Sequence record: SRR20825006_2834
Reading direction: 5' to 3' (one strand)
Length of the DNA stretch: 34,517 nucleotides
The translations under genes were made by a program, and so were the position numbers. Within the stretch, counting starts at the first letter, position 1; every line of letters starts with the position of its first letter. The notes under the pieces are model-generated. The model did not search any database and was not told where the DNA came from. It saw nothing but the letters and a program-made list of their open reading frames with translations. Shown here piece by piece: positions 10,768 to 20,445 of the stretch.

Positions 10768-11651
10768 GCGCGCGCTCCTTTTCCGGAGAACAGGCCCTGC
10801 GGTTTGAACACCAGAACGATGGCGACGAGCAGTGTCGATACGATTTTGGCCAGTGTCGGAGAGAAGAACACAGAGAGCAAACCATCCGAGAGGCCGATGA
10901 GAACGGCGGCGGCAATGGTGCCCGGAATCGAGCCCAGTCCGCCGACGATGACGACCACAAAAGACAGAAGCAGCGGATCGGTGCCCATCAGGTAGTGCGC
11001 CTGTTGGTTCGGCACGACGAGCACCCCCCCGATGGCGGCCAGCATGGCGCCAATGGCGAAGACAGCGGAGTAGACCTTGTCCACGGGAATGCCAAAATTC
11101 TGCGCCGTTTCTTTGTCAAACTGAGTGGCCCGCATCAGCAAACCGACTTTGGAGCGGCGCAGCATGAACCACAGGCCGGCGACAAGCGCCAAGGCGATCA
11201 CAATGATAAAGAGCTTGTAACTTGAATACCCAAACCAAGGCGTGCGGATCGTGTAGTAGAATGGCGCATCGACGGCGCGCGCATCGGGACCAAAGGTCAA
11301 AAGCGCGAATTGTTGGATGATATAGAGCATCCCGATCGTCGAAACGATGGTGCCCTCGGGGTTGTAATTGATGCGTTTGAGAACGGCCCAGTCGGCCAAC
11401 CAGGCAAGCCCCCCAACGAACAGCGGCGCGACCACCAAGCCGATGACAAAGCCTACAGCAGGCGGGCCCGGGATATAGACCCCACAGGCCCAGGCGATCA
11501 GCGCACCGACCATGAAGAATTCGCCGTGCGCGACGTTCACAACGCGCATCACGCCGAACACCAGCGAAAGACCAAGCGCCGTCAGCATCAAAACGGAGGC
11601 CTGAACCAGCCCTTCCAATGTGGCGAGCAAGAGATATGGAGCGATGTCCAT
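10764..11651 (-). CDS. ABC transporter permease (LivH-like)
   Basis: LGLSLVFGVMRVVNVAHGEF, GGLGSIPG, KPQGLF. Confidence 0.92.
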   Translation of the reverse strand: MDIAPYLLLATLEGLVQASVLMLTALGLSLVFGVMRVVNVAHGEFFMVGALIAWACGVYIPGPPAVGFVIGLVVAPLFVGGLAWLADWAVLKRINYNPEGTIVSTIGMLYIIQQFALLTFGPDARAVDAPFYYTIRTPWFGYSSYKLFIIVIALALVAGLWFMLRRSKVGLLMRATQFDKETAQNFGIPVDKVYSAVFAIGAMLAAIGGVLVVPNQQAHYLMGTDPLLLSFVVVIVGGLGSIPGTIAAAVLIGLSDGLLSVFFSPTLAKIVSTLLVAIVLVFKPQGLFSGKGARA

Positions 11652-11761
11652 TGTGCGTACTCCAATCGGTTCGTTCCTGCCGATGAAAGCAAACCCGTCC
11701 GATTTTTTTGAAGTTTAAGGGGCGAAGGCCGTCATGAATCAGCCTTCGCAGAGAGATGAGA

Positions 11762-13054
11762 TCAGAACGACATCTGCGTGTAGTCGGTCTCGTCCGGGTA
11801 GAGCGTTTCTTCGATCGTGGTGCGATACACCACATCGAGTTTGCCGTCCGTGACTTTGGAGATGTTCTGATGCCCGAAGGACTGGTGCGTTTTGCCGTTG
11901 AACAGCTTGTCACCCTGCGGGAACTCGTTCGATTCTTCGAAGCCGGTGATGGATTCCATCGCCTCCAAGAAGTCGATCTTTTGATCCGGGCCTTTGTAGT
12001 CGGCCTTTTCCATCGCCGCCTTCATCGCAAACAAGGTCTCCCAGACGGAGAACATATGCGCGTAGGTCGCGATGTCTTTCGGATCGCCAAGCGAAGCGCC
12101 ATTGGAATCCACGCCAACTTTTTCGCGGAAGAACTTGTCAAACTCGGATTGATTTGCCTGTGCATAGCGCGGCATGGCCTCCCAGAAGTAGGTGCCTTCG
12201 AGGTACTCAAGCTGTGGAATATTCATATCCACACCTTCGAGACTGTCGATAAAGCCAAAGATTTCCGGGCGGTTCCTGCCAAGATGCTCGCCCAGTTCTT
12301 TCACAAAGGTCAGAACAGCCGGGCCCACCATCACGTGATAGATCGCTTCGGTGTTGAACGGAATTTTTGGCATGTAGCGGGTAAAGGAGGTCTCGGTCGG
12401 CGGAATCGCGATCGATGCCACAACTTCACCACCCTGCGCTTCAATCGCGGCAGTCATGTTGTCGCGATGATCATAGCCAAAGTTGAAATCCGGGTAGATC
12501 AGGGTGATTTTCTTGCCCAGATTGTTGGAAATCCACGGTGCCATCGAGACGACTTGGCTTTTCACATCGGTGATCGAGGGCTGAAAACAATAGCGGCTGA
12601 AGGCGCCAGACGCGAGAGTGTGCGCCTCGGAGCAAAGGAAATACGGCATTTTCAATTCGCCCGCGCGCGGCGCCGTGGCAGCGACGACGTGGGAATAGAG
12701 GTGACCGAAAACTGCGTCGACTCTGTGTTCGGTTGCGAATTTCTCCATCACCTCCACGCCACGCTTCGGGTCGGTACCATCATCCTCAACGATCATTTCG
12801 ACCGGCATACCGTTGATGCCGCCCTGTTCGTTGATCAATTGAAGGGCGGCGTTTGCTGTGCGTTCATACCAGCGCCCATAAGAGGCACCGATGCCGGTGC
12901 GGTGGAACGGGGCTCCGAGGCGAATAGCGTCGCCGGACTGTGCATGCGCGCGACCAATGAGGCCGGGCGCTGACAGTAAAAGCCCAGCCCCGGCAACACC
13001 GCGCAGCAGCGAACGGCGGGATAGGGAAGATTGGGAAACGATGTCCTTCTTCAT
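11762..13054 (-). CDS. ABC substrate-binding protein (Liv/periplasmic binding type 1) with Tat signal
   Basis: ATG 13054 has RBS CAGGAG. Twin-arginine SRRSLL and AHA-Q cleavage site; INEQGGINGMPVEMIVEDD. Confidence 0.9.
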   Translation of the reverse strand: MKKDIVSQSSLSRRSLLRGVAGAGLLLSAPGLIGRAHAQSGDAIRLGAPFHRTGIGASYGRWYERTANAALQLINEQGGINGMPVEMIVEDDGTDPKRGVEVMEKFATEHRVDAVFGHLYSHVVAATAPRAGELKMPYFLCSEAHTLASGAFSRYCFQPSITDVKSQVVSMAPWISNNLGKKITLIYPDFNFGYDHRDNMTAAIEAQGGEVVASIAIPPTETSFTRYMPKIPFNTEAIYHVMVGPAVLTFVKELGEHLGRNRPEIFGFIDSLEGVDMNIPQLEYLEGTYFWEAMPRYAQANQSEFDKFFREKVGVDSNGASLGDPKDIATYAHMFSVWETLFAMKAAMEKADYKGPDQKIDFLEAMESITGFEESNEFPQGDKLFNGKTHQSFGHQNISKVTDGKLDVVYRTTIEETLYPDETDYTQMSF

Positions 13055-13184
13055 AGTGCGCTCCTGTTGGATATGTACATCACTTGGCCAATTGAGACTG
13101 GCTGTGTTTTTGTTCGTATAACAACGATCTCTAAGCAAACTGATTCAGACAAGTAAAAATTACGGTTGCCTGTAAATAAATTAT

Positions 13185-13196
13185 TCAGTCGACTAA
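13185..13196. promoter_or_regulatory. Palindromic site TCAGTCGACTAA (flanked by AATTAT/TAATT), candidate operator of the ABC operon
   Basis: Near-perfect inverted repeat about 130 bp upstream of the SBP start, with the same TTAGT-NN-ACTAA pattern as the nicC site. Confidence 0.55.
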
Positions 13197-13249
13197 TAAT
13201 TGGGCGAAATTGCCCCATATGTGGCTACAATTCACCCAGGCTCCCGCTT

Positions 13250-13502
13250 GACGTCTGCTTCTGCGGCCTGCAAAGCCACTGGCGGTGCAGCAGCAACGAG
13301 AACACCAATGGTTTGCGCCGACAATGCTTCCGCACAGAAACGGAGCTCGATCAGCATCACACAGACGAATGGAATGCGGTTGCCCATGCCCTGAACACGC
13401 GACCACGCAAAACACGCGGCTGGCGAACACCAGCAGAAGTACTCGACCAACTGCTCAAACTGGATATGATCAATGGTGCTGCGACAACCGGTTGAATCTG
13501 CT
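13250..13502 (+). mobile_element. Degenerate IS30-family transposase 3' remnant with probable right end
   Basis: FCGLQSHWRCSSNENTNGLRRQCF...LNTRPRKTRGWRTPAEVL resembles the IS30 C-terminus (FCDP.SPWQRGSNENTNGLLRQYF...LN.RPRKTLGW.TP). It ends in GTTGAATCTGC. Confidence 0.85.
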
Positions 13503-13524
13503 TTGCCCGCTGCGATCGTTGAGG

Positions 13525-13580
13525 ATGGCCAGGTCGCGTTTCATCCGGTCGCTGACAGCCCAACCGATGACGCGCCGGTG
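13525..13580 (-). mobile_element. Short IS3-family transposase fragment
   Basis: RRVIGWAVSDRMKRDLAI matches the rve core segment of IS3-family transposases. Confidence 0.7.
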
Positions 13581-13614
13581 GATTCCATCGGCAGTCTCTC
13601 GGGACAATCGCCGT

Positions 13615-13646
13615 TCCGAAGCCACGGAACACACTGTGGCTTCGGA
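13615..13646 (-). terminator. Strong hairpin downstream of the RidA gene
   Basis: TCCGAAGCCAC-N10-GTGGCTTCGGA, about 27 bp after the stop. No clear U-tract. Confidence 0.5.
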
Positions 13647-13672
13647 GGTTGTCATAGACTTGACGCGTCAGA

Positions 13673-14164
13673 TCAAGGACGGACAGCCGTCACTTCAAGT
13701 TCGACAAGAAAGCCCGGATTTGCCAAAGCATCGACAACCAGAGCAGACCGCACAGGAAGGTTTGGCTGGTCTTCAGTGCCAAAGAACTGCGTATAGCCGT
13801 CCATAAAGCCGCTAAAATCCACCAGTTTGTCGTCCTCAGCCACAAGGAAAGCCTGCATCTTGATGACATCGCCCATGCTCATATCCAGCGACTCCAAAGT
13901 GGCCTGAATGCGGTTCAGCACGGAGACGGTTTGCTCTTCCATTGTGCCATAGGCCGCGATGGTGCCCTTTTCCGCGTCTGCGTTCAACACACCCGGGACA
14001 GTGCCCGAGAGGTAAACCGTGGTCGCAGTCGCAGGAACTTCCACCGCCTGAAGGATCGGAAAGGTCGAGTTCGGCAGCGGGTGACGCACAGGCTCCTCTG
14101 CAAGAACAGGCACGGCCAAGCTGGACAGAACCAAAGCGGGGAGCAGAGATTTAATGGACAACAT
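13673..14164 (-). CDS. RidA/YjgF family imine deaminase with Sec signal peptide
   Basis: VYLSG, EQTVSVL, DVIKMQAFL, PVRS (catalytic Arg) and LVELEVTA. N-terminus MLSIKSLLPALVLSSLAVPVLA-EE; RBS AAGGA. Confidence 0.9.
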   Translation of the reverse strand: MLSIKSLLPALVLSSLAVPVLAEEPVRHPLPNSTFPILQAVEVPATATTVYLSGTVPGVLNADAEKGTIAAYGTMEEQTVSVLNRIQATLESLDMSMGDVIKMQAFLVAEDDKLVDFSGFMDGYTQFFGTEDQPNLPVRSALVVDALANPGFLVELEVTAVRP

Positions 14165-14225
14165 GTTATATTCCTTTTGAATGTAGGGAGAGAGGACGCC
14201 GGGCGATCACCCGGCGCCAGAAGGT

Positions 14226-14630
14226 TCAGCGGCTCGCCGCAACCAGATCGCTTGTGGCGGGATCTTCGACGTAGCTATTGCCAAAGCTCGTGCGAATGTA
14301 GTTTACGACCTCGGCAATTTGTGCGTCATCAAGTTGGCCACCCAAAGCGGGCATGGCACGCAACCCGTTGAGCACGACGTGGGTGGGGTAGTCCGCGAAT
14401 TCGAGGTTGTGATTTCCCGCCAAGGCCGGATACATCCCCGCCCCTTGCGCGCCCTTGCCGTCAGGCATGTGGCACGCTGCACAGACCGCGCGGTAGATAT
14501 CTTCACCTCCACGTTGATCCAACTTAGCCGGGTTCTCAAACCAGCTAGAAGTGTCAGGACGGACCTCGTCGGCCCAAAGCGGCACAGCAAAAACTGAGAC
14601 GGCAAGGGCAGCCATAAATATATGCTTCAT
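14226..14630 (-). CDS. Periplasmic monoheme cytochrome c
   Basis: Signal peptide ending LWA-DE, CAACH, distal Met in AMPA, VVNYIRTSFGN. RBS CAGGAG. Confidence 0.92.
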   Translation of the reverse strand: MKHIFMAALAVSVFAVPLWADEVRPDTSSWFENPAKLDQRGGEDIYRAVCAACHMPDGKGAQGAGMYPALAGNHNLEFADYPTHVVLNGLRAMPALGGQLDDAQIAEVVNYIRTSFGNSYVEDPATSDLVAASR

Positions 14631-14647
14631 AGATGTCTCTCCTGTTC

Positions 14648-16234
14648 TCAGTTTTCGATGATTGTGGCGTGCAGGCGTTTGATGGCATCGAGAGCAGACA
14701 AAATCGCCCCTTCCTGCCACGCCGGGAGGTAGGAAATATGTTCGCCTGCCATCAATGTGCGTCCGTCCATTTTCGTCGCCTCCATGTAGTCGGCCTCGCG
14801 GTCATTCCACAGGCCGAAACAGCCGAGCGTCCATGGCACGCGGTGCCAACCAACGCCTACGCCGGTCTTGAACTCTTCGGTGTATTGCGGGTGGATCTGC
14901 GCCCCATATTCCAAGGCTTTGGCCACCCGTTCAGAAGGCGGCAAGGCGTTGAACTGATAAGAATACGCGCCCCAGCTATAGGCCGCCAAAAGCACAGCGG
15001 GGCCATCGCTGAAATATCCCGTAGACGGGTAAGAGATTTGCGAGATCGGCAAGTTGGTGTAGCTGATCCCACCATAGATGTGCTCGTCTTGCTCCCAAAA
15101 CCGCCGCTTGAACTCCAAACCAACCTTGGTCGAAGAGGCGTAGGGCATGGTCGAAATGATATGAGACATCCGCGCAGAAAAATCATGATCAATCTGCCCC
15201 AAAACGGAGAAGGGAATGGTGCAGATACAGTAATCTGCACTTTCCACCACCGCGGCCCCTGCCCCATCTGACGGCACCCATGTGACATCGACGCCGTCGT
15301 CGGTGTTGCGAATTTTCACAACCTTGGCGTTGTAGGTGATCAGGTCTTTGATCTGTTTTTCAAAGCCCTGCGCAATCATGTCCATGCCACCCTTAGGTTG
15401 GAACATGGTCGTCTGCATGTGCAGGTGCAGACCGCCCGTGAGGCTCTTCCACAAATCGGAATTGAGAATGGTGGACAAATCATGCGGCTCGGACGGGATG
15501 GGTTCACCGTCGGCACCGCCGCCTTCTGCCTTGGACCAACCGCGATGGGACGACGAGTCCTCGCCTGTGACATAGGCCGCGTTTTCATCCAGGGCGCCAT
15601 AGCGTTTCAAGGCCGAGACAAGGATTTTCGCATCTTCGGCGCTGACCAGCCCATCCAGTTTGCCCTGATCCGCAACCTTGGCCAAAAGTTCGCTGACACC
15701 GCCTCTGAAATCGGCGTCAATTTCTTTGAACCGCTGCGGTTTACCCTCAAAGGCTTCGGTGTTGTGGACATAGGCGTTGTAGTTGACCTGAATGAACGGC
15801 TCCAGCTCCACGCCAAACCGTTTCGCATAATCAAGCACCGCGAAGTGGTCGCTTGGGATGCGCCAAGGACCGGGATTGAGGTAGTTGCCGTCCTCAAACT
15901 CAACCTTTTGCTCAAATCCCCCAAGCTCCGTGTAAGTGTCGCCCCCACGCAGTGTCCAGCATCGCCCGCCAGCCTTTTCACGGTATTCGAGAACCTTCAC
16001 CTCATAGCCAGCATTCCGCAACTCGAACGCCGCAGTCATACCGGCAAGACCAGCCCCAAGGACCAAAATTCGCGTGCCTTTCGGCGCGCCGCTCAACTCC
16101 GGTCGACTTGCCCAATTGGAGGATTGAGCCAACCCCATTTCAGTCATAGCGCTATACATGACCGCGCTGCCAGCAACAGTGCCAATCATGCCGAGCAATG
16201 ACCGGCGGGACATCCCTTGTGCATTAAAAGTCAT
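14648..16234 (-). CDS. Flavin amine oxidase family protein (L-amino-acid oxidase/dehydrogenase-like), Tat-exported
   Basis: SRRSLL twin-arginine signal, VLGAGLAG, E....GGRCWT, NPGPWRIP, GGMDMI, AGEHISYLPAWQEGA. Confidence 0.92.
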   Translation of the reverse strand: MTFNAQGMSRRSLLGMIGTVAGSAVMYSAMTEMGLAQSSNWASRPELSGAPKGTRILVLGAGLAGMTAAFELRNAGYEVKVLEYREKAGGRCWTLRGGDTYTELGGFEQKVEFEDGNYLNPGPWRIPSDHFAVLDYAKRFGVELEPFIQVNYNAYVHNTEAFEGKPQRFKEIDADFRGGVSELLAKVADQGKLDGLVSAEDAKILVSALKRYGALDENAAYVTGEDSSSHRGWSKAEGGGADGEPIPSEPHDLSTILNSDLWKSLTGGLHLHMQTTMFQPKGGMDMIAQGFEKQIKDLITYNAKVVKIRNTDDGVDVTWVPSDGAGAAVVESADYCICTIPFSVLGQIDHDFSARMSHIISTMPYASSTKVGLEFKRRFWEQDEHIYGGISYTNLPISQISYPSTGYFSDGPAVLLAAYSWGAYSYQFNALPPSERVAKALEYGAQIHPQYTEEFKTGVGVGWHRVPWTLGCFGLWNDREADYMEATKMDGRTLMAGEHISYLPAWQEGAILSALDAIKRLHATIIEN

Positions 16235-16282
16235 TGAAAATCCTATGTTTTATTGCCTTTCATGCTGACTTCAGCAGTCAAC

Positions 16283-16296
16283 ATGCAGTACTGTAC
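16283..16296. promoter_or_regulatory. Candidate TetR operator ATGCAGTACTGTAC
   Basis: 12/14 match to the palindrome core at 20431-20444, about 50 bp upstream of the amine oxidase ATG. Confidence 0.6.
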
Positions 16297-16672
16297 TTTA
16301 GCCATTCTGCAGCGCGTCCATGCAAGTCTGACGTAATCAAAATGAGAAAAGCAAAAATGCAAGGGAGGGATGACGAACAGAAAGTAATCACAGGTGCTAA
16401 AAATGGCATCGAAGTGCAAAATCAGTTCCGCTCGAAGCAGGCGTAGTCTCAGTGCTTTCGTCGATCAGCAGGACCACGTTGCGCGGTCGAGTGTGATATA
16501 TTGTGAGAGCCGGGATTTGTCTTTTTGCACACAGCGCTGGGGCGCGCCGTGTCCTACAATGGACACTGCGGGACTGCGGGCGGCACGGCGGCAGCTTTTC
16601 ATCAGGGGCGCAGTGAAGATAAGCCATAGCGGCCAGTCTCACTGTGAAGCGATCACCGGGGTGATCCAACCC

Positions 16673-17479
16673 TCAAAGCACGCGCGACAGAAATTCCCGT
16701 GTCCGAGGCGATTGCGGGTCGCTGATCATCTCTCGCGGATTGCCGCGTTCGACAATTTGGCCTTGGTCCATGAACACAAGCTGATCCCCGATTTCACGGG
16801 CAAAAGCGATTTCGTGGGTCACGACAACCATCGTCATCCCGCTCTCGGCGAGGTCGCGCATCGCGCCAAGAACCTCCCCCACGAGTTCAGGATCGAGCGC
16901 CGATGTCGGCTCATCGAACAGCAGGACTTTCGGTTTCATCGCCAGAGCGCGGGCAATGGCGACACGTTGCTGTTGACCGCCAGACAGTTGGCGCGGATAG
17001 GCGGCCTCTTTGTCGGACAGACCGACACGGGCCAGCAGGGCGGCGGCTTCTTCCTTCGCCTGTTCCACATGCGTGCCCCGCACCTGAACCGGGGCTTGGA
17101 TCAGATTTTCCATCACCGTCATATGTGAGAACAGATTGAACGATTGGAAAAGCATGCCAATTTCCGCACGGCGACGGCACAATTGGTTTTCCCTCAATTC
17201 GTAGAGCTTATCCCCCACCAAATCGTAGCCGACGAAATCCCCATCAACGAGAATAATACCACCCGTGAGCTTTTCGAGGTGGTTCATACAGCGCAGGAAG
17301 GTGCTTTTTCCTGACCCGGACGGGCCGATGATACAGGCGACCGACCCCTTTGGCACATCAAGATCGACGCCTTTAAGAACCTCTAATGCACCGAATGTCT
17401 TGCGGACATTGCGCGCAAAGATCATCGACTCAGCGGGCACACCAAACCGATCTGCGTTCATCTTGCGCGCTTCAGACAT
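16673..17479 (-). CDS. Polar amino-acid ABC transporter ATP-binding protein
   Basis: [43 protein letters not shown]. The start at 17479 overlaps the permease stop. Confidence 0.93.
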   Translation of the reverse strand: MSEARKMNADRFGVPAESMIFARNVRKTFGALEVLKGVDLDVPKGSVACIIGPSGSGKSTFLRCMNHLEKLTGGIILVDGDFVGYDLVGDKLYELRENQLCRRRAEIGMLFQSFNLFSHMTVMENLIQAPVQVRGTHVEQAKEEAAALLARVGLSDKEAAYPRQLSGGQQQRVAIARALAMKPKVLLFDEPTSALDPELVGEVLGAMRDLAESGMTMVVVTHEIAFAREIGDQLVFMDQGQIVERGNPREMISDPQSPRTREFLSRVL

Positions 17480-18443
17480 TGTCGCGTTCCTTTTTCCGCC
17501 CCAAGAAGAGACCGCGCGACACAATAGACAGCAGAGCCTCCGGCTCGTGACCACTGTCGCTACGACCAAAATATCGTTCGATGTAAAACTGGCCGACGGA
17601 CATAATGCTGACCACAGCAAGATACCAAACAGCGACGACAATCAGCAGCGGGATGGTTTCAAAAGTTCGCGCATAAATGCTTTGAGCCGAATAGAACAGA
17701 TCATCGACGGCAATGAAGGTCACGAGGGATGTCATTTTCAATAGGTTGATCGCCTCATTTCCGGTCGGCGGAACGACAAACCGCATCGCTTGCGGCAGAA
17801 TGATTTGTCTTAGAATTTTGCGATATGGCATGCCGAGCGCTCGGGCGGCCTCCGCTTGACCAGACGGCACGGATTTGATGCCTGCCCGGATGATCTCGGC
17901 CATATAGCCCGCCTCACAGAGGGCGAGCGCCACCACCGCCGAGAAAAACGGCGTCATGAAATCATTGGTGCGCACAGAGAAGACCTCGCCAAAAACCGGC
18001 AAGTTCAGAGACACTTCACGGACCAAAAGAGACAGGTTGAACCAAAAGATCAATTGGATGAGCGACGGAACCCCGCGAAAAAACCAGACATAAACACCGG
18101 CGAAGGTTCGTAGAATTGGGCTTGGCGACACGCGCATGATTGCAACCGCGGTGCCAATCAGCGTGGCGGCCGACATGATCAAAACGGTGAGCAACAACGT
18201 GTTGCCGAGGCCACGCAGGATCGACGGATGGAACATGTAGCCCCAGGCTGTGCCCCAAGCGAAAGCCGGGTTGCTGGCGAAGGCTTTGAGGATCAGCGCC
18301 GCAAGGACCAACACCACCACAGTGCCGATCCAGATCGCGTAATTGCGCCTTGGAACCACGGTCAGTGCGTCCACCCCATGGATTTGGGTCTTTTGTCCCT
18401 GTGCGTCTGGCTGAGCCGGTCTGGTCACCACCTGTGCCCTCAT
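17472..18443 (-). CDS. Polar amino-acid ABC transporter permease
   Basis: [27 protein letters not shown]...[11 protein letters not shown] (EAA loop), ILPQAMR. Confidence 0.93.
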   Translation of the reverse strand: MRAQVVTRPAQPDAQGQKTQIHGVDALTVVPRRNYAIWIGTVVVLVLAALILKAFASNPAFAWGTAWGYMFHPSILRGLGNTLLLTVLIMSAATLIGTAVAIMRVSPSPILRTFAGVYVWFFRGVPSLIQLIFWFNLSLLVREVSLNLPVFGEVFSVRTNDFMTPFFSAVVALALCEAGYMAEIIRAGIKSVPSGQAEAARALGMPYRKILRQIILPQAMRFVVPPTGNEAINLLKMTSLVTFIAVDDLFYSAQSIYARTFETIPLLIVVAVWYLAVVSIMSVGQFYIERYFGRSDSGHEPEALLSIVSRGLFLGRKKERDNV

Positions 18444-18490
18444 TTGGTAGATATGTGGACACCCGACCAGACGGGCCGGGTGTTATGGCC

Positions 18491-19342
18491 TTATTCCGCG
18501 CGCAAATCGTCCATGCTGTCGACGCGATACGGCGCGTCAATGGCGTAGGCTCCCATGCCATAGGACTCAAGGATGCCTTGATACGTGCCGTTTTCGAACA
18601 GGGTTTCAAGCGCACTGACCATCATCTCGGCTGTTGCGCTATCGCCTTTGCTCACCGCCAAGCCAAGCGGTGAAACGTTATAGAGCGTGGGCAAGACGAC
18701 AAGTTGTCCCTTGCTGGTCACTTCGAAATAGCTCGACGCGGTTGCGTCATCCATCCGGGCGTCCACCCGGTCGGACATGACCGCCTGAACAATATCGGTT
18801 GAAGAATTGAACACGGATTTGTCGATCGGTTCCAGATCGTTGTCCGCACAGGTCACATTCAATTCGTCCACAAGGAAATCAGAGGCACTGCCAGCCGACA
18901 CGCCAACGCGTTTGCCGCACAAAGGATGATCCCCGGAGAACGTGTCCACCAGACTCGGCAGCGTTGACGCGGCAACACCTGCCTTCAGGAACATCACAAA
19001 TTCAACCTGTTTGAGGCGATCCGGTGTCGCCGAGAAGGTTTCCCACGCGATGTCAAACCGGCCTGCGGCGAGACCGGGGATCATCGAGGGAAACGGCGTG
19101 CGCTGAATGTCAAGTTCTGCACCGACCAAGTCCGCAACCTCTTCTGCAAGCTCAATGATGATCCCGGTCTGTTCACCGGTCTCATCGAGGTATTCGAAAG
19201 GCGCGAAATCAAGCGTGTTGGCCACCGACAGCAATCCACTTTCACGAACGGAATCACTGGGGGTCACCGTCTGAGAAAAGCTCGGCGTGGCCGCAAGGGC
19301 GAGGGCCACAAAGGCGGCCGCCGTGAGTGTTGTATCGTTCAT
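18491..19342 (-). CDS. Polar amino-acid ABC substrate-binding protein (family 3)
   Basis: Signal peptide ending SFS-QT; FAPFEY, FPSMIPGLAAGRFDI, LCGKRVGV. ATG 19342 has RBS GGAGA. Confidence 0.9.
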   Translation of the reverse strand: MNDTTLTAAAFVALALAATPSFSQTVTPSDSVRESGLLSVANTLDFAPFEYLDETGEQTGIIIELAEEVADLVGAELDIQRTPFPSMIPGLAAGRFDIAWETFSATPDRLKQVEFVMFLKAGVAASTLPSLVDTFSGDHPLCGKRVGVSAGSASDFLVDELNVTCADNDLEPIDKSVFNSSTDIVQAVMSDRVDARMDDATASSYFEVTSKGQLVVLPTLYNVSPLGLAVSKGDSATAEMMVSALETLFENGTYQGILESYGMGAYAIDAPYRVDSMDDLRAE

Positions 19343-19409
19343 CTCTTTCTCCATGTTGTGCGTGATGGAGGCGGCCAATTGGGCCGCTCCGGCGGGTGCG
19401 GCTGTTGGT

Positions 19410-20405
19410 TCAGCTCGCTTTTTTTCTATAATGGTAATTTTTGTCGATCCGTTCCATCAGGTAGTCGCCATAGCGCACGGGACCTGACTTTGGCGTTTCT
19501 CCGGTCGGGACGCAGGCCTCAATCGTTTCGATCATCGCGTCCATCGACGGGTCAAAGAAGAAGGGTTGCGAATAGCGCTCCCGGCCTGAGTAATTCACCA
19601 CTCTGTGCGGCGTCGAGACAAACCGATGGTTCGACCAACGCGCAAGAATGTCTCCGACGTTCATCACGAAAGCATTCGGGATCGGCGGGGCCGCGATCCA
19701 CTCATCGTCTTTATTCTTGACCTCAAGCCCGCCGACATCGTCCTGCGCCAGAAGCGTGATAAAGCCATAATCCGTGTGCGGGGCCGAGCCGAACAGCCCC
19801 TCTTCTTTGGGCTGTGTCGGATAATGCAGCAACCGCAGAAAAATTGTCGGGTCTTCGAAATGAGCATCAAGACTGTCCTCAGGCAGCCCAAGCGACAGGG
19901 CAATGGCCCCCACCATCTTGCGGGCCAGCGTGCTCATGCCGTCGACATAGTGCTCAATGGTCGGGCGAAAGTTTGGTAGCAGGTCCTCTGTCGGCCATTG
20001 ATTTGGCCCCTGCAAAGGCTCCCCCGCAAGACAACGCGGGTCGGTCTCATCGACTTCGTGCATGAAAAAGAGGGACTCGCTTTGATTGGGCTTGCTGACG
20101 GCTTCCACCGATGAGGTCACGATGGTTGACCCGGCAAAGGGCAAATATCCCCGAAAGTTCTTGTCAATTTTGACGTCAAGTTTCTGCTCTTCAGGCAAAG
20201 CAAAAAAGGCCTTGCTTGCCTCGCGCACCGCTTCGACGCTTTGTGCCGCGACCTGATGCCCGACCACATAGAGAAAGCCGATATTCTCAAGATAATCGCA
20301 CAACTGCGCTGCGGTTGCGGCAATTTTTTCGCGGTCCGTCCCGTAAAGCGGCGCAACGTCCAGCACCGGAATTTCGGAAAAATCCCCACGATCATTGGTG
20401 TTCAT
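19410..20405 (-). CDS. Isopenicillin-N-synthase-family 2OG-Fe(II) oxygenase
   Basis: IPVLDV, GFLYVVGH, RGY, LRLLHYP, HTDYG (HxD), STPHRV (H), RYS (RxS). Confidence 0.92.
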   Translation of the reverse strand: MNTNDRGDFSEIPVLDVAPLYGTDREKIAATAAQLCDYLENIGFLYVVGHQVAAQSVEAVREASKAFFALPEEQKLDVKIDKNFRGYLPFAGSTIVTSSVEAVSKPNQSESLFFMHEVDETDPRCLAGEPLQGPNQWPTEDLLPNFRPTIEHYVDGMSTLARKMVGAIALSLGLPEDSLDAHFEDPTIFLRLLHYPTQPKEEGLFGSAPHTDYGFITLLAQDDVGGLEVKNKDDEWIAAPPIPNAFVMNVGDILARWSNHRFVSTPHRVVNYSGRERYSQPFFFDPSMDAMIETIEACVPTGETPKSGPVRYGDYLMERIDKNYHYRKKAS

Positions 20406-20429
20406 TTTCGAGCCCCCACTTGAACATAC

Positions 20430-20445
20430 AATACAGTACTGTATT
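20430..20445. promoter_or_regulatory. Perfect 16-bp palindrome AATACAGTACTGTATT, candidate TetR operator in a divergent promoter
   Basis: Lies in the 97-bp gap between the oxygenase and nucleoside hydrolase starts. Confidence 0.75.

Noticed and set aside
11756-12973. Long plus-strand ORF (likewise 8031-9020, 16394-17128, 25412-26287 and 28177-29154)
   Set aside because: These are antisense shadows of well-supported genes in GC-rich DNA and contain no motifs.
14631-14720. Second CxxCH (CSRCH) in the upstream extension of the cytochrome ORF
   Set aside because: It overlaps the amine oxidase 3' end in another frame and precedes the real RBS, ATG and signal peptide, so it is coincidental.
14648-16234. 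Calling the amine oxidase NicA2 or 6-hydroxynicotine oxidase because pyridine genes are nearby
   Set aside because: Its motifs fit the LAAO-like subgroup, and it lies beyond an IS scar under a different operator.
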